Part shown: piece by piece, positions 11,432 through 21,055 of the stretch
How the letters are laid out: each line of letters begins with the position of its first letter
How positions within the stretch are numbered: the stretch's first letter is position 1
Source of the DNA: Alphaproteobacteria bacterium
Lineage (GTDB): Bacteria; Pseudomonadota; Alphaproteobacteria; JASGCL01
NCBI GenBank assembly: GCA_965262605.1
Contig: CBDHFN010000003.1
Coordinates: 1,312,930 to 1,376,929, forward strand
Direction of reading: 5' to 3'
DNA: 64,000 nucleotides
Translations under genes and position numbers: made by a program
Notes under the pieces: generated by a model
What the model saw: the letters and a program-made list of their open reading frames with translations, nothing else
Told to the model about the DNA's origin: nothing
Databases searched by the model: none

Positions 11432-11522
11432 CTATCATTGAAATTTATCTTGCAATTTTATTGAAATAATTTATAGGAAGGGCAGGGGATATTCCCAAAA
11501 TCATTTTAACACGGAGGAATAA

Positions 11523-12494
11523 ATGAATATCGGTATTATTGGCTTAGGTAATTTAGGTGAAAAATTAGCAAATAATTTAGTAAAATCAGGAAATCCAATT
11601 TGGGTATTGGACTTAGACCTTGAAGTTGTGGCAAGTTTTGTAAAAAAAGGGGCTAAAACAGCCGCAAACCCCGCGGAATTAACCAAAAATGTTGATTATT
11701 TAATTACTTGCTTGCCAAGCCCCAAGGCAACCCGCGCCGTGATTGAAGGCGAAAATGGCGCAATTCATGGCATGAAAAAAGGCTTAATTTGGGCAGAAAT
11801 GTCAACAACCGGGTTTGATGAAATCACCCGTTGGGACAAAATTATGCAAGAAAAAGGCGTAAAAGTTATTGATTGCCCCGTAACTGGTGGCGTGCATAAA
11901 GCCGAATCGGGCAATATCTCAATTTTAGTTGGTTGTGATAAGCAAACTTTTGACGATATAGTTCCCGTTTTATCCATCATGGGACACCGATTATTGCATA
12001 CGGGCGCGATTGGCACGGCTTCACAATTAAAAGTTATGACGAATTATTTGGCAACGGCAAATTTAATCAGCTGTTGCGAAGCCTTAGCTGTGATGCACAA
12101 ATGCGGAATTGACTTGGCGACCACATATGATGCTATCCGAATTTCTTCGGGCAATAGTTTTGTGCACGAAACCGAAAGCCAATTAATCTTAAATGGTTCG
12201 CGCATGATTCATTTTACCCATGATTTAGTTTTAAAAGATGTTGGCTATTTTCAAGGGCTTGCCGATAAGCATGGCTTGAAAATTGACTTATCACCCGTAT
12301 TATTGGAAATTTTTGAAGATGCTAAAAAGCGGTATGGTGGCGATGAACAATCGGACGATATTATCCGCCGTTTAGAAGAACAATGCGGTGGATTTAAAAT
12401 TATCGCGGACGGCTTTCCCGCAGTTTTAGTTGATAATGACCCAAAACGAAAAGGCGAAGTGGTTGATACCAAAGCCGAAAAACCCGTCGCTTAA
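11523..12494 (+). CDS. NAD(P)-dependent oxidoreductase, 3-hydroxyisobutyrate dehydrogenase family
   Basis: GIIGLGNLG, ITCLPSP, EMST, DCPVTGG and LKVMTNYL motifs; strong GGAGG RBS. Confidence 0.85.
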   Translation: MNIGIIGLGNLGEKLANNLVKSGNPIWVLDLDLEVVASFVKKGAKTAANPAELTKNVDYLITCLPSPKATRAVIEGENGAIHGMKKGLIWAEMSTTGFDEITRWDKIMQEKGVKVIDCPVTGGVHKAESGNISILVGCDKQTFDDIVPVLSIMGHRLLHTGAIGTASQLKVMTNYLATANLISCCEALAVMHKCGIDLATTYDAIRISSGNSFVHETESQLILNGSRMIHFTHDLVLKDVGYFQGLADKHGLKIDLSPVLLEIFEDAKKRYGGDEQSDDIIRRLEEQCGGFKIIADGFPAVLVDNDPKRKGEVVDTKAEKPVA

Positions 12495-12508
12495 CAAAGG
12501 AGCAAAAA

Positions 12509-13153
12509 ATGATTAAATTATATGGATTTAAAGGCGCAGGGCAAGTATGCGCCCAAGTTGTTTTAGAAGCAGCAGGCTTGAAAAATGGCAAAGATTATGA
12601 AGTTATTATGGTTGAACGCGATGCGAACAAGAAAATTCCTGAATCTTACCGCGATATAAACCCTGCGATGTTAATTCCCACTATCATCATGAATGATGGT
12701 TTGAAAATTACCGAATCGGGTGCAATTATGATTTATCTTGCCGAAGCTTTGCCACAAGCAAATTTAGGCGCGGATAATTTGGCAATGAAAGCCGATATGT
12801 TGCAATTAATATTCTTCATTGCGTCTTCGGTTTATCCAAACGCGATTCGCGGATATTATTCGGACCGATATTCGTCCGATTCCAGCCATAGCGAAGGCAT
12901 TAAAACCATGGCGATTAAGAAACTTCACGAAAATATGCAAGTTTTATCACAAAAATTAGCCAATAATCAATATTTATTGGGTAATAAATATTCGGTGGTG
13001 GATATTTATTTTGCCATGCTTTATGCGTTTTATCTTGATTTAGTGCCAAGCGATTTGCCAAAATTTGCAAATTTGCAAGCATATTATGCTAGATTATGCG
13101 CCAATCCAACTATTCGTGCAATTTGGCAAGACGGCGAATTGCCTGTATTGTAA
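12509..13153 (+). CDS. Glutathione S-transferase family protein
   Basis: INP..IPT, ITESGAIMIYLAE and YLLGNKYSVVDIY motifs. Confidence 0.9.
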   Translation: MIKLYGFKGAGQVCAQVVLEAAGLKNGKDYEVIMVERDANKKIPESYRDINPAMLIPTIIMNDGLKITESGAIMIYLAEALPQANLGADNLAMKADMLQLIFFIASSVYPNAIRGYYSDRYSSDSSHSEGIKTMAIKKLHENMQVLSQKLANNQYLLGNKYSVVDIYFAMLYAFYLDLVPSDLPKFANLQAYYARLCANPTIRAIWQDGELPVL

Positions 13154-13239
13154 AATTTTTTAATTTTTAATAAAATAATTCTTGTTAGCAATAAAAAAAT
13201 ATTGTAATATGACACTATTGTTAATCATGGAGGAAAACA

Positions 13240-14403
13240 ATGACAAAATCAAAAAATCAAGAAATTATGGAATCGGTTGCAATTCACCGCCGTTCCTTAC
13301 TTAAACATGCTGCTGCATTTGGTGCCGCCGCCGCGGTTGCGCCAGCAATTTCGCATTATGGCTTGGCTTCTTCGGGTGAAGTAAGTTGCATTATGTGGGA
13401 CGATGAATTAGATGAAAAATTAATCCAAGCTTTTGAAAAAGACACGGGCATTAAATTTATATTCCATAAAATTGGCGCAAACGAAGAAATTTTACAAAAA
13501 ATGACCGTTGCCAAAGGTGATGGTTATGACTTATGCGCCCCAACACTAAACCGCAATTTACAATGGAAAGACCTAGGCGTTTTAGCAACCCTTGATTACA
13601 AGAAAATTGACAAAACAATTAAATCTTTAAATCCTGCAATGGTGAAAAGTGCCGAAAGCCAATGGAATTTTGGCAAAGGCAATACTTGGTTGCCGCATGT
13701 TTGGGGCACCGAAGCAATCGCTTGGCGCACCGACAAATTCCAACCAAAAGGTGGCGTAGTATCATATGGCGACTTATGGTCAGCTGAAAATAAAGGCAAA
13801 GCAATGGGCAGACCCCATAGCTTGTTATTAACCTTAGGTTTATGGTTAGAAACAATCAATAAATTGCCAGCAAACGCCATGTGGGACGCTTATAAAAACC
13901 CCGAAAATATGGCGAAAACTTGGGATATTGTCACAAAATACGCCATTGAAAACAAAGGGCAAATTAAAACATTCTGGAAATCAGGGGGCGATGCACAAAA
14001 AGACGGCTTGTTAAATCAAGGCGTGGTTGTCGGGCAAACTTGGGACGGTCCAGCACTTGGACTTAAAAACAAAGGCGAACCCGTGAATTATCGCGCACCA
14101 AAAGAAGGCGCAATAGCTTGGGTGGACGGCATCGCCGTATCCGCAGCCGCAAAAAATGTTGATGGTGCCTATAAATTTATTGAATATTTATTGCGTCAAG
14201 ACCTTGCAGGCAAAGCCATTGATTATCATGGTTATAATTCCGCGGTAATTGGTGCAGATAAATTAGCTGCCCCAGCATATGCGAAAAACTTTGCGGAAAC
14301 CTTCCCCGGTGATGCTTTGGCTAAATTAAATCCTTGGCCACCAGAACCACAATGGTATGCTGATAAACGCACGGAATACGCAAATAAATTTGAATCAGCA
14401 TAA
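13240..14403 (+). CDS. Polyamine-type (PotD/PotF) ABC substrate-binding protein
   Basis: Tat signal HRRSLLK; AFEKDTGIK, WGTEAIAW, PKEGAIAWVDG and AYKFIEY motifs. Confidence 0.85.
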   Translation: MTKSKNQEIMESVAIHRRSLLKHAAAFGAAAAVAPAISHYGLASSGEVSCIMWDDELDEKLIQAFEKDTGIKFIFHKIGANEEILQKMTVAKGDGYDLCAPTLNRNLQWKDLGVLATLDYKKIDKTIKSLNPAMVKSAESQWNFGKGNTWLPHVWGTEAIAWRTDKFQPKGGVVSYGDLWSAENKGKAMGRPHSLLLTLGLWLETINKLPANAMWDAYKNPENMAKTWDIVTKYAIENKGQIKTFWKSGGDAQKDGLLNQGVVVGQTWDGPALGLKNKGEPVNYRAPKEGAIAWVDGIAVSAAAKNVDGAYKFIEYLLRQDLAGKAIDYHGYNSAVIGADKLAAPAYAKNFAETFPGDALAKLNPWPPEPQWYADKRTEYANKFESA

Positions 14404-14408
14404 AATTC

Positions 14409-14610
14409 ATTTTCTCTTTGCATTTCAAACTTAAAGCCAAGCAAAAATACTTATACTTTTTGCTTGGTTTTTCGCATGAACCGCTTTGATTAAATGAATT
14501 TTAATCTTTATATTATTTTCTCTTTGCATTTCAAGCCTAAAATCATCGCAAAAATGCGTATGCTTTTTGCGCAATTTTCGCGCTTGCGCTTTAATGGGAT
14601 TAAAGGATTA
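14409..14610. repeat. Two tandem diverged ~106-bp units, each with a central hairpin; first unit may act as terminator
   Basis: ATTTTCTCTTTGCATTTCAA at 14409 and 14515; hairpins AAAGCCAAGCAAAAA..TTTTTGCTTGGTTTT and GCAAAAATGCGTATGCTTTTTGC. Confidence 0.65.
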
Positions 14611-14777
14611 ATTTTATAATTTCTGCTTTGCGCCTCTCTTAGCAATATTTCATGTCTTTTATTCAAACGCGATAAACCACCCCGCTTGTTTATTGCCAAG
14701 GCAATTACGCAAGTATTGCATCAGGGCATAAAATTACCTTTTGGTAATTTTATATAGAAATTGAAGTAATTCAATTT

Positions 14778-14826
14778 CTGCCCTTCAACCTCCGCTTCGG
14801 CTACGCCGAAAATCTAAAGATTGGAG
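14778..14826. repeat. REP-like palindrome, left part of the IS110 target locus
   Basis: CCTCC-GCTTCGGC-TAC-GCCGAA-AATCT-AA-AGATT-GGAG nested hairpins; GGAG(GGGAAGG) is interrupted by the IS. Confidence 0.55.
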
Positions 14827-14851
14827 TTATCTGTGGGTGTCAAGGTTTTTT

Positions 14852-15784
14852 TTAATAATTTTTATCAAAGATTCTATTTTCCTTGACCAGCGTATTAACC
14901 AAGAGTAATAACTTGCGCATACAAGCTGTATGTGCAAGTTTTTTTGGTTTATTTAAGGCAATTTTATCGTTTGTATTTTTAATAAAATCAATTTTACGAA
15001 CAGCATTAAATGTGGGCATGTATAAAGCTTTTCTAACTTTACATCGCCCACCACCAATAAATTTTTTACCTGTAAATTTTCCCGATTGATTATCCATTGG
15101 AGCTAGCCCTGCCAATCGGGCTATTTGCCGTTGGTTGAGCGAACCTATTTCAAACATAAATGCAAGTAATGAATAAGCTGTAATCTCACCAATACCCGGT
15201 ACCGATGTCATTATCGTGTATTTATTGGTTAATCCCTCGTCGTCTTTAATGATTTTTGCCATTTCTGTCAATATTTTATCAATATTTTTATTAATGGTTT
15301 CTATCAATGTTTTATTGATTTGATGACTAACTTTTACCTGATTGACTTTATCACGATTTTGCATTTGCACCCGAATATCAATTAATTCATTGTATTTATT
15401 CATTAATTCCTGCATGATATGCAACATTTTATGACTAAGTTTGCTGGGTTTAATTTCATGTCTTTTAGCATAATCAGCTAAAAAATACGCGTCTTGCTTA
15501 TCGGTTTTGATTGTTTTTCGCAACGAATCCTTATGCCGTTTAACACAATAACTATCCACCAAAGCATACTCTATTGCTTCGGCTTCTAATATTACTTGTA
15601 ATTGCCGATGATAAACATTTGTTGGTTCAAACACAACCAAATCAGTTTTGTTCTTTTTAATCAACTTAACGAACTTCTTGATAGATTTCAATGTATTGTC
15701 TATCACTAAATATTCATTATTCATCATAAAATAAACATCTAATTTTTCTTGCGAAACATCAATTCCAATGATATTATTTGACAT
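14852..15784 (-). CDS. IS110-family transposase/recombinase (DEDD RuvC-like + Tnp domain)
   Basis: GIDVSQ (D), VFEPT (E), KTDKQDA (DD), SVPGIGEITA and AGLAP..QSG motifs; ATG at 15784 follows AAGGAG. Confidence 0.95.
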   Translation of the reverse strand: MSNNIIGIDVSQEKLDVYFMMNNEYLVIDNTLKSIKKFVKLIKKNKTDLVVFEPTNVYHRQLQVILEAEAIEYALVDSYCVKRHKDSLRKTIKTDKQDAYFLADYAKRHEIKPSKLSHKMLHIMQELMNKYNELIDIRVQMQNRDKVNQVKVSHQINKTLIETINKNIDKILTEMAKIIKDDEGLTNKYTIMTSVPGIGEITAYSLLAFMFEIGSLNQRQIARLAGLAPMDNQSGKFTGKKFIGGGRCKVRKALYMPTFNAVRKIDFIKNTNDKIALNKPKKLAHTACMRKLLLLVNTLVKENRIFDKNY

Positions 15785-15789
15785 GGTTT

Positions 15790-15975
15790 TCTCCTTTTTT
15801 CTGCCTTGTCCGCGAGCCAAAATATTATTTTGCTCCATTATCTGTTCGAAACTAGGGAAAATCAGCGGGTAGCGATTAAACTCCATACGATTCTTTAAAA
15901 TCAGGGGAAGCAACAATCCGCTACCCGCTATCTAATTCTCCCTTTTAGAAGAACTATACAAAATATTATTCATAT
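15790..15975 (-). ncRNA. IS110 bridge RNA (ends approximate)
   Basis: Stem AGCGGGTAGCG(G)ATT/AATCGCTACCCGCT encloses guides CTTCCCCT (15903-15910) and TGGAG (15881-15885). A second loop carries ACAGATAA (15838-15845) and GACAAG (15805-15810) around a GAGC-AAAATA..TATTTTG-GCTC hairpin. Confidence 0.85.
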
Positions 15976-15998
15976 TTCATATCTTTTTTATATAGACA

Positions 15999-16120
15999 AG
16001 GGGAAGGATACTATTTTTAAACAAAATATAGTGCGTTTAAAAATAGCATCCTTCCCCTCCTAAGCGAAGCAGCTAACCGAAGGTTAGGCGGAGGGGTGCG
16101 CCGAAGGCGCGGGGTGGTTT
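15999..16120. repeat. REP/REPIN-like palindromic element
   Basis: Inverted arms GGGAAGGATACTATTTTTAAAC (16001-16022) and GTTTAAAAATAGCATCCTTCCC (16035-16056), then CCCCTCC..GGAGGGG with CTAACC-GAA-GGTTAG and GCGCC-GAA-GGCGC hairpins. Confidence 0.7.
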
Positions 16121-16168
16121 ATCGCTATCGCATTTAAAACTATGCAATCAAGCAACAAACTTTAATTA

Positions 16169-17740
16169 TTATTTTCTAGGGAGCTGGCTTTTGGGAATTA
16201 CATAATATCTTATATAATTTGCATTAATTCTTGCGTCGGTATGTCCATTTTTAAATGCTTTTTCAAACCATTCAAACGCTTTACCATAATTTTGCTTAAC
16301 GCCTTTACCTTCATAATAAAGCTGACCTAAATAATATTGCGCAACTGCATTACCCTGATTAGCGGATTTTTCAAACCATTCAAACGCTTTACCATAATTT
16401 TGCTTAACGCCTTTACCTTCATAATAAAGCTGACCTAAATAATATTGCGCAACTGCATTACCCTGATTAGCGGATTTTTCAAGCCATTCAAATGCTTTAC
16501 CATAATCTTGCTTAACGCCTTTACCTTCATAATAAATCTCACCTAATTTAAATTGCGCAACTGCATCACCCTGATTGGCGGATTTTTCAAACCATTCAAA
16601 TATTTTACCATAATCTTTTTGAACGCCTTTACCTTCATAATAAAGCATACCTAAAAAAAATTGCGCAATTGCAATTCCCTGATTGGCGGATTTTTCATAC
16701 CATTCAAACGCTTTACCATAATCTTGCTTAACGCCTTGACCAAGATAATAAAGCCAACCTAAATTAAATTGCGCATCTGCATTACCCTGATTGGCGGATT
16801 TTTCAAACCATTCAAACGCTTTACCATAATCTTGCTTAACGCCTTGACCATGATAATAAAGAAAACCTAAATTATTTTGCGCAACTGCATTACCCTGATT
16901 AGCGGATTTTTCATACCATTCAAATGCTTTACCATAATCTTGCTTAACGCCTTTACCTTGTTCATAAAGCAAACCTAACTTATCTTGCGCAACTGCAAAT
17001 CCCTGATTGGCGGATTTTTCAAACCATTCAAATGCTTTACCATAATCTTGCTTAACACCATCACCTTGTTCATAAAGCATACCTAAAAAAAATTGCGCAA
17101 TTGCAATTCCCTGATTGGCGGATTTTTCATACCATTCAAATGCTTTACCATAATCTTGCTTAACGCCTTTACCTTGTTCATAAAGCAAACCTAACTTATC
17201 TTGCGCAACTGCAAATCCCTGATTGGCGGATTTTTCAAACCATTCAAATGCTTTACCATAATCTTGCTTAACACCATCACCTTCATAATAAAGCATACCT
17301 AAAAAAAATTGCGCAATTGCAATTCCCTGATTGGCGGATTTTTCAACCCATTCAAATGCTTTACCATAATCTTGCTTAACGCCTTGACCAAGATAATAAA
17401 GCCAACCTAAATTAAATTGCGCATCTGTATTCCCCTGATTGGCGGATTTTTCAAACCATTCAAATGCTTTACTATAATCTTGCTTAACGCCTTGACCAAG
17501 ATAATAAATCTCACCTAATTTAAATTGCGCATCTGCATTACCCTGATTGGCACGATTCTTAAGTTTTTCAATCTTATTTAAATATGATAATGAAGTGCCA
17601 ACTACTTTTGGTAATTTTATATTTTTCGTTTCATTTGATTCATTAAAGACATTATTACTAAAAATATTACTTAAAATACCAGCATGCAATGGTTGAATAA
17701 AGATTGTGATTAAGGATGAAATAAAAAATAGTTTATACAT
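16169..17740 (-). CDS. Secreted Sel1-like repeat protein, 12 tandem 36-aa repeats
   Basis: Signal peptide MYKLFFISSLITIFIQPLHA, then 12 x AxAQxxLGxxYxxGxGVKQDYGKAFEWxEKSANQG; alternative TTG start at 17782. Confidence 0.93.
   Translation of the reverse strand: MYKLFFISSLITIFIQPLHAGILSNIFSNNVFNESNETKNIKLPKVVGTSLSYLNKIEKLKNRANQGNADAQFKLGEIYYLGQGVKQDYSKAFEWFEKSANQGNTDAQFNLGWLYYLGQGVKQDYGKAFEWVEKSANQGIAIAQFFLGMLYYEGDGVKQDYGKAFEWFEKSANQGFAVAQDKLGLLYEQGKGVKQDYGKAFEWYEKSANQGIAIAQFFLGMLYEQGDGVKQDYGKAFEWFEKSANQGFAVAQDKLGLLYEQGKGVKQDYGKAFEWYEKSANQGNAVAQNNLGFLYYHGQGVKQDYGKAFEWFEKSANQGNADAQFNLGWLYYLGQGVKQDYGKAFEWYEKSANQGIAIAQFFLGMLYYEGKGVQKDYGKIFEWFEKSANQGDAVAQFKLGEIYYEGKGVKQDYGKAFEWLEKSANQGNAVAQYYLGQLYYEGKGVKQNYGKAFEWFEKSANQGNAVAQYYLGQLYYEGKGVKQNYGKAFEWFEKAFKNGHTDARINANYIRYYVIPKSQLPRK
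16240..17550. repeat. Near-identical 108-bp tandem repeat array encoding the Sel1 units
   Basis: CCCTGATT(G/A)GCGGATTTTTCA..CCATTCAAA(T/C)GCTTTACCATAAT recurs every 108 bp. Confidence 0.92.
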
Positions 17741-18038
17741 AAAGTCAATCTTAATATACGCAATTTGAGTGATTTTTTTCAAAAAATTAAATTTTTTTGA
17801 AAAAAGTTTGCGATAAAGGTAAAATTATGATTCTATATATCTGAAAATTAATTAAAAAACCTATCACAATATAAAAATACAAAATTTTATCGCCGTTTGT
17901 CAAGCAATAATTTGCAAAATTGCAATTAATTATGGATTTTTATTACTTTTTAGGTTAAATCACGCAAAAAAATATAATTATTATAAAAAATCAAAAATAT
18001 GCTTGCATTTAAAAAAAAATCGTATAAACAAACTTTAT

Positions 18039-18114
18039 GCCCAGATAGCTCAGTCGGTAGAGCAGAGGCCTGAAAAGCCTTGTGTCGGTGGTTCGATTCC
18101 GCCTCTGGGCACCA
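18039..18114 (+). tRNA. tRNA-Phe (GAA)
   Basis: 76-nt cloverleaf GCCCAGA..TCTGGGC-ACCA, D arm AGCTCAGTCGGTAGAGC, anticodon loop CTGAAAA, T loop GGTTCGATTCC. Confidence 0.97.
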
Positions 18115-18136
18115 TAATTTTGAAGGAAATTATTTC

Positions 18137-20980
18137 ATGTCCGAATTGTCTAAAATAATTATCCGTGGTGCCAGACAACATAATCTTAAAAATATAAATT
18201 GCGAAATCCCCAGAAATAAATTAGTTGTAATTACGGGGCTTTCAGGGTCTGGAAAATCTTCGTTAGCATTTGATACAATTTTTGCCGAAGGGCAAAGAAG
18301 ATATGTTGAATCATTGTCGGCATATGCGCGGCAATTTTTGGAAATGATGCAAAAACCTGATGTAGATTCCATTGATGGTTTATCGCCCGCGATTGCGATT
18401 GAACAAAAAACTACTTCAAAAAATCCGCGTTCCACGGTGGGAACGGTGACGGAAATTTACGATTATATGCGGCTTTTATGGGCGCGAATCGGTGTGCCTT
18501 ATTCGCCAGCGACTGGTTTACCGATTCAATCCCAATCGGTAAGTCAGATGGTTGATATTTTGCTTTCGCAACCCCAAGAAACAAAATTTTACTTAACCGC
18601 GCCAGTCGTGCGCGGGCGCAAGGGCGAATATAAAAAAGAATTGCTTGATTGGCGTAAAAAAGGCTTTGGGCGGGTAAAAATTGATGACCAATATTATGAA
18701 ATGGACGAATTACCTGAATTAGACAAAAATCTGAAACATGATATTTCCGTTGTGGTTGACCGCATTATAATTGAACCAGAAACCCCCGAATTACGCGCAA
18801 GATTAGCCGATTCCACCGAAACTGCCTTAAAATTATCTGATGGCTTAATGATTGCGATAAATATGGAAACGGCGCATGAATTTATGTTTTCGCAACAATT
18901 TGCTTGCCCTGTATCTGGGTTTACCATCAGCGAAATTGAACCAAGGTTATTTTCATTTAATAATCCCAATGGTGCTTGTTCGGTATGCAATGGTATTGGC
19001 GAAGATAAGAAAATTGCGATTGAATTATTAGTGCCCGATATGAATAAAACCATATATCAAGGGGCTTTGGTGGGGTGGGGTGGGGCGAATCCTTCGCCGT
19101 GGTATCGCCAAGCCTTAGAGGCTGTTTGCCAAACATTTGGCGGTAAAATTACCGATAAATTTTGTGATTTGCCTGTTAAAACCCGCGAAGCCATTTTTCA
19201 TGGCACAAAAGAACCCATTGAATTTATTTTTGATGATGGGTTTCGCACCGTTAAGACGAAAAAACCTTTTGAAGGGGTGATTGCGAATTTAGAGCGCCGT
19301 TATCGTGAAACCGAATCGGCAACGATGCGCGATGAATATGAAAAATTTATGAAGGCGATTCCGTGTGAATCTTGCGGTGGCTATCGCCTTCGCCCCGAGG
19401 CATTATGCGTGAAAATTCATCAAAAACATATTGGTGAAATTACAAAATATTCCATTACCGATGCTTTAAAATGGTTCAGCGATTTACCGCAATTTTTATC
19501 AGCCCAAGAAAAAAATATTTCCAACCGAATTTTGCGCGAAATTACAGCAAGATTAGGGTTTTTAGCCAATGTCGGTTTAACTTATTTGAATATGTCCAGA
19601 AATGCGGGCACTTTATCGGGCGGGGAATCTCAACGAATCAGGCTAGCATCGCAAATTGGGTCAGGTTTAACGGGTGTTTTATATGTGCTTGATGAACCTT
19701 CAATTGGATTGCATCAGCGTGATAATGAAAAATTATTGAAAACTTTGGTGCGATTGCGTGATTTAGGCAACAGCGTTATTGTCGTTGAACATGACGAAGA
19801 CGCGATTCGCGCCGCCGATTTTTTAATAGATATTGGACCGGGGGCAGGGGTTAATGGTGGCGAAATTGTCGCTATCGGCACGCCAGATGAAGTATTTAAC
19901 AATCCCAAAAGCATTACGGCGCAATATATTAATGGCACAGAAAAAATTGTCATTCCTGCAAAACGGCGCAAGGGTAATGGTAATTATTTAACATTAAAGG
20001 GTGCGAAGGGCAATAATTTGCAAAATGTCTCATGTTCAATTCCTTTGGGAGTTTTTGCTTGTGTTACGGGCGTGTCTGGGTCGGGAAAATCCACTTTAAT
20101 TTTAGAAACTTTACAAGCATATTTATCAAGAACTTTAATGGGAAGCTCGGCGATTAATGAAGCTTTTGAATCAATTGAAGGCGTAAAATATCTTGATAAA
20201 GTCATTGATATTGATCAATCACCAATTGGACGCACGCCAAGGTCAAACCCCGCGACTTATACGGGGGTTTTTGGATTGATTCGTGATTGGTTTGCGGCTT
20301 TACCCGAAGCGCGCGCCAAGGGTTATGGACCCGGGCGGTTTAGCTTTAATGTCAAAGGCGGCAGGTGCGAACATTGCCAAGGCGATGGCTTGATTAAAAT
20401 TGAAATGCACTTTTTGCCCGATGTATTTGTGACTTGCGAACATTGCAAAGGCAAACGATATAATAACGAAACGCTAAGCGTGGAATGGCGCAAGAAAAAT
20501 ATCTATGATGTGTTAAATATGTCGGTGCAAGAAGGAATTGAATTTTTTAAAGCCGTGCCGAATATTCGCGATAAATTGGAAACTTTAGCGCATGTGGGCT
20601 TGACTTATATTAAAATTGGGCAATCAGCAACGACTTTATCGGGTGGTGAGGCGCAACGCATCAAGCTTGCCAAGGAATTATCGCGCCGTGCCACGGGTAA
20701 AACTATTTATATTCTTGACGAACCGACGACTGGGCTACATTTTCATGATGTTAAGAAGCTTTTGGAAATTTTGCATAGTCTTGTTGATGCGGGAAATAGT
20801 GTTTTGGTAATTGAGCATAATCTTGAAGTCATTAAAACCGCCGATTATATTATAGATTTGGGTCCAGAAGGAGGCAGTGGCGGAGGTAAAATTATCGGCG
20901 AAGGCACGCCAGAACAATTGGCGAAAATCACGGAATCTTATACTGGGCAATATCTTAAAGAATTATTACGAAAAAAATAA
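18137..20980 (+). CDS. uvrA: Excinuclease ABC subunit A
   Basis: GARQHNLKN, two Walker A motifs ([18 protein letters not shown]), LSGGE signatures and Zn fingers. ATG at 18137; the ORF-track start at 18080 lies inside the tRNA. Confidence 0.98.
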   Translation: MSELSKIIIRGARQHNLKNINCEIPRNKLVVITGLSGSGKSSLAFDTIFAEGQRRYVESLSAYARQFLEMMQKPDVDSIDGLSPAIAIEQKTTSKNPRSTVGTVTEIYDYMRLLWARIGVPYSPATGLPIQSQSVSQMVDILLSQPQETKFYLTAPVVRGRKGEYKKELLDWRKKGFGRVKIDDQYYEMDELPELDKNLKHDISVVVDRIIIEPETPELRARLADSTETALKLSDGLMIAINMETAHEFMFSQQFACPVSGFTISEIEPRLFSFNNPNGACSVCNGIGEDKKIAIELLVPDMNKTIYQGALVGWGGANPSPWYRQALEAVCQTFGGKITDKFCDLPVKTREAIFHGTKEPIEFIFDDGFRTVKTKKPFEGVIANLERRYRETESATMRDEYEKFMKAIPCESCGGYRLRPEALCVKIHQKHIGEITKYSITDALKWFSDLPQFLSAQEKNISNRILREITARLGFLANVGLTYLNMSRNAGTLSGGESQRIRLASQIGSGLTGVLYVLDEPSIGLHQRDNEKLLKTLVRLRDLGNSVIVVEHDEDAIRAADFLIDIGPGAGVNGGEIVAIGTPDEVFNNPKSITAQYINGTEKIVIPAKRRKGNGNYLTLKGAKGNNLQNVSCSIPLGVFACVTGVSGSGKSTLILETLQAYLSRTLMGSSAINEAFESIEGVKYLDKVIDIDQSPIGRTPRSNPATYTGVFGLIRDWFAALPEARAKGYGPGRFSFNVKGGRCEHCQGDGLIKIEMHFLPDVFVTCEHCKGKRYNNETLSVEWRKKNIYDVLNMSVQEGIEFFKAVPNIRDKLETLAHVGLTYIKIGQSATTLSGGEAQRIKLAKELSRRATGKTIYILDEPTTGLHFHDVKKLLEILHSLVDAGNSVLVIEHNLEVIKTADYIIDLGPEGGSGGGKIIGEGTPEQLAKITESYTGQYLKELLRKK

Positions 20981-21055
20981 TGGCATTTAAGGGTGAAAAA
21001 AAAATCTTGCAAATTTTGAATTAACCTTATAAAGCTAGGGTATAAATTTTACGGC

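Larger units (their letters stand above)
14825..16000 (-). mobile_element. IS110-family insertion sequence (bridge-RNA recombinase), ends defined by duplicated CT core
   Basis: Minus strand: left junction CTTCCC-CT-TGTC (core 15999-16000) and right junction ACAGATAA-CT-CCA (core 14825-14826); both match guide segments in the upstream non-coding end; no terminal inverted repeats. Confidence 0.9.

Noticed and set aside
11476-11496. GGAAGGGCAGGGG as another IS110 target or REP copy
   Set aside because: It does not match CTTCCCCTCCA on either strand and has no flanking inverted repeat.
14508-14699. 63-aa minus-strand ORF
   Set aside because: It overlaps the hairpin repeat, lacks an ATG start and has no motif.
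15785-15916. N-terminal extension of the IS110 ORF in the track
   Set aside because: The region is the structured bridge RNA; the ATG at 15784 has an RBS and starts the RuvC domain.
16240-17550. Regular 108-bp repeats as a possible CRISPR array
   Set aside because: Repeats are in-frame codons of a Sel1 protein, there are no unique spacers, and no cas genes are present.
18080-18136. ORF-track start of uvrA
   Set aside because: It overlaps tRNA-Phe; the ATG at 18137 matches the UvrA N-terminus.
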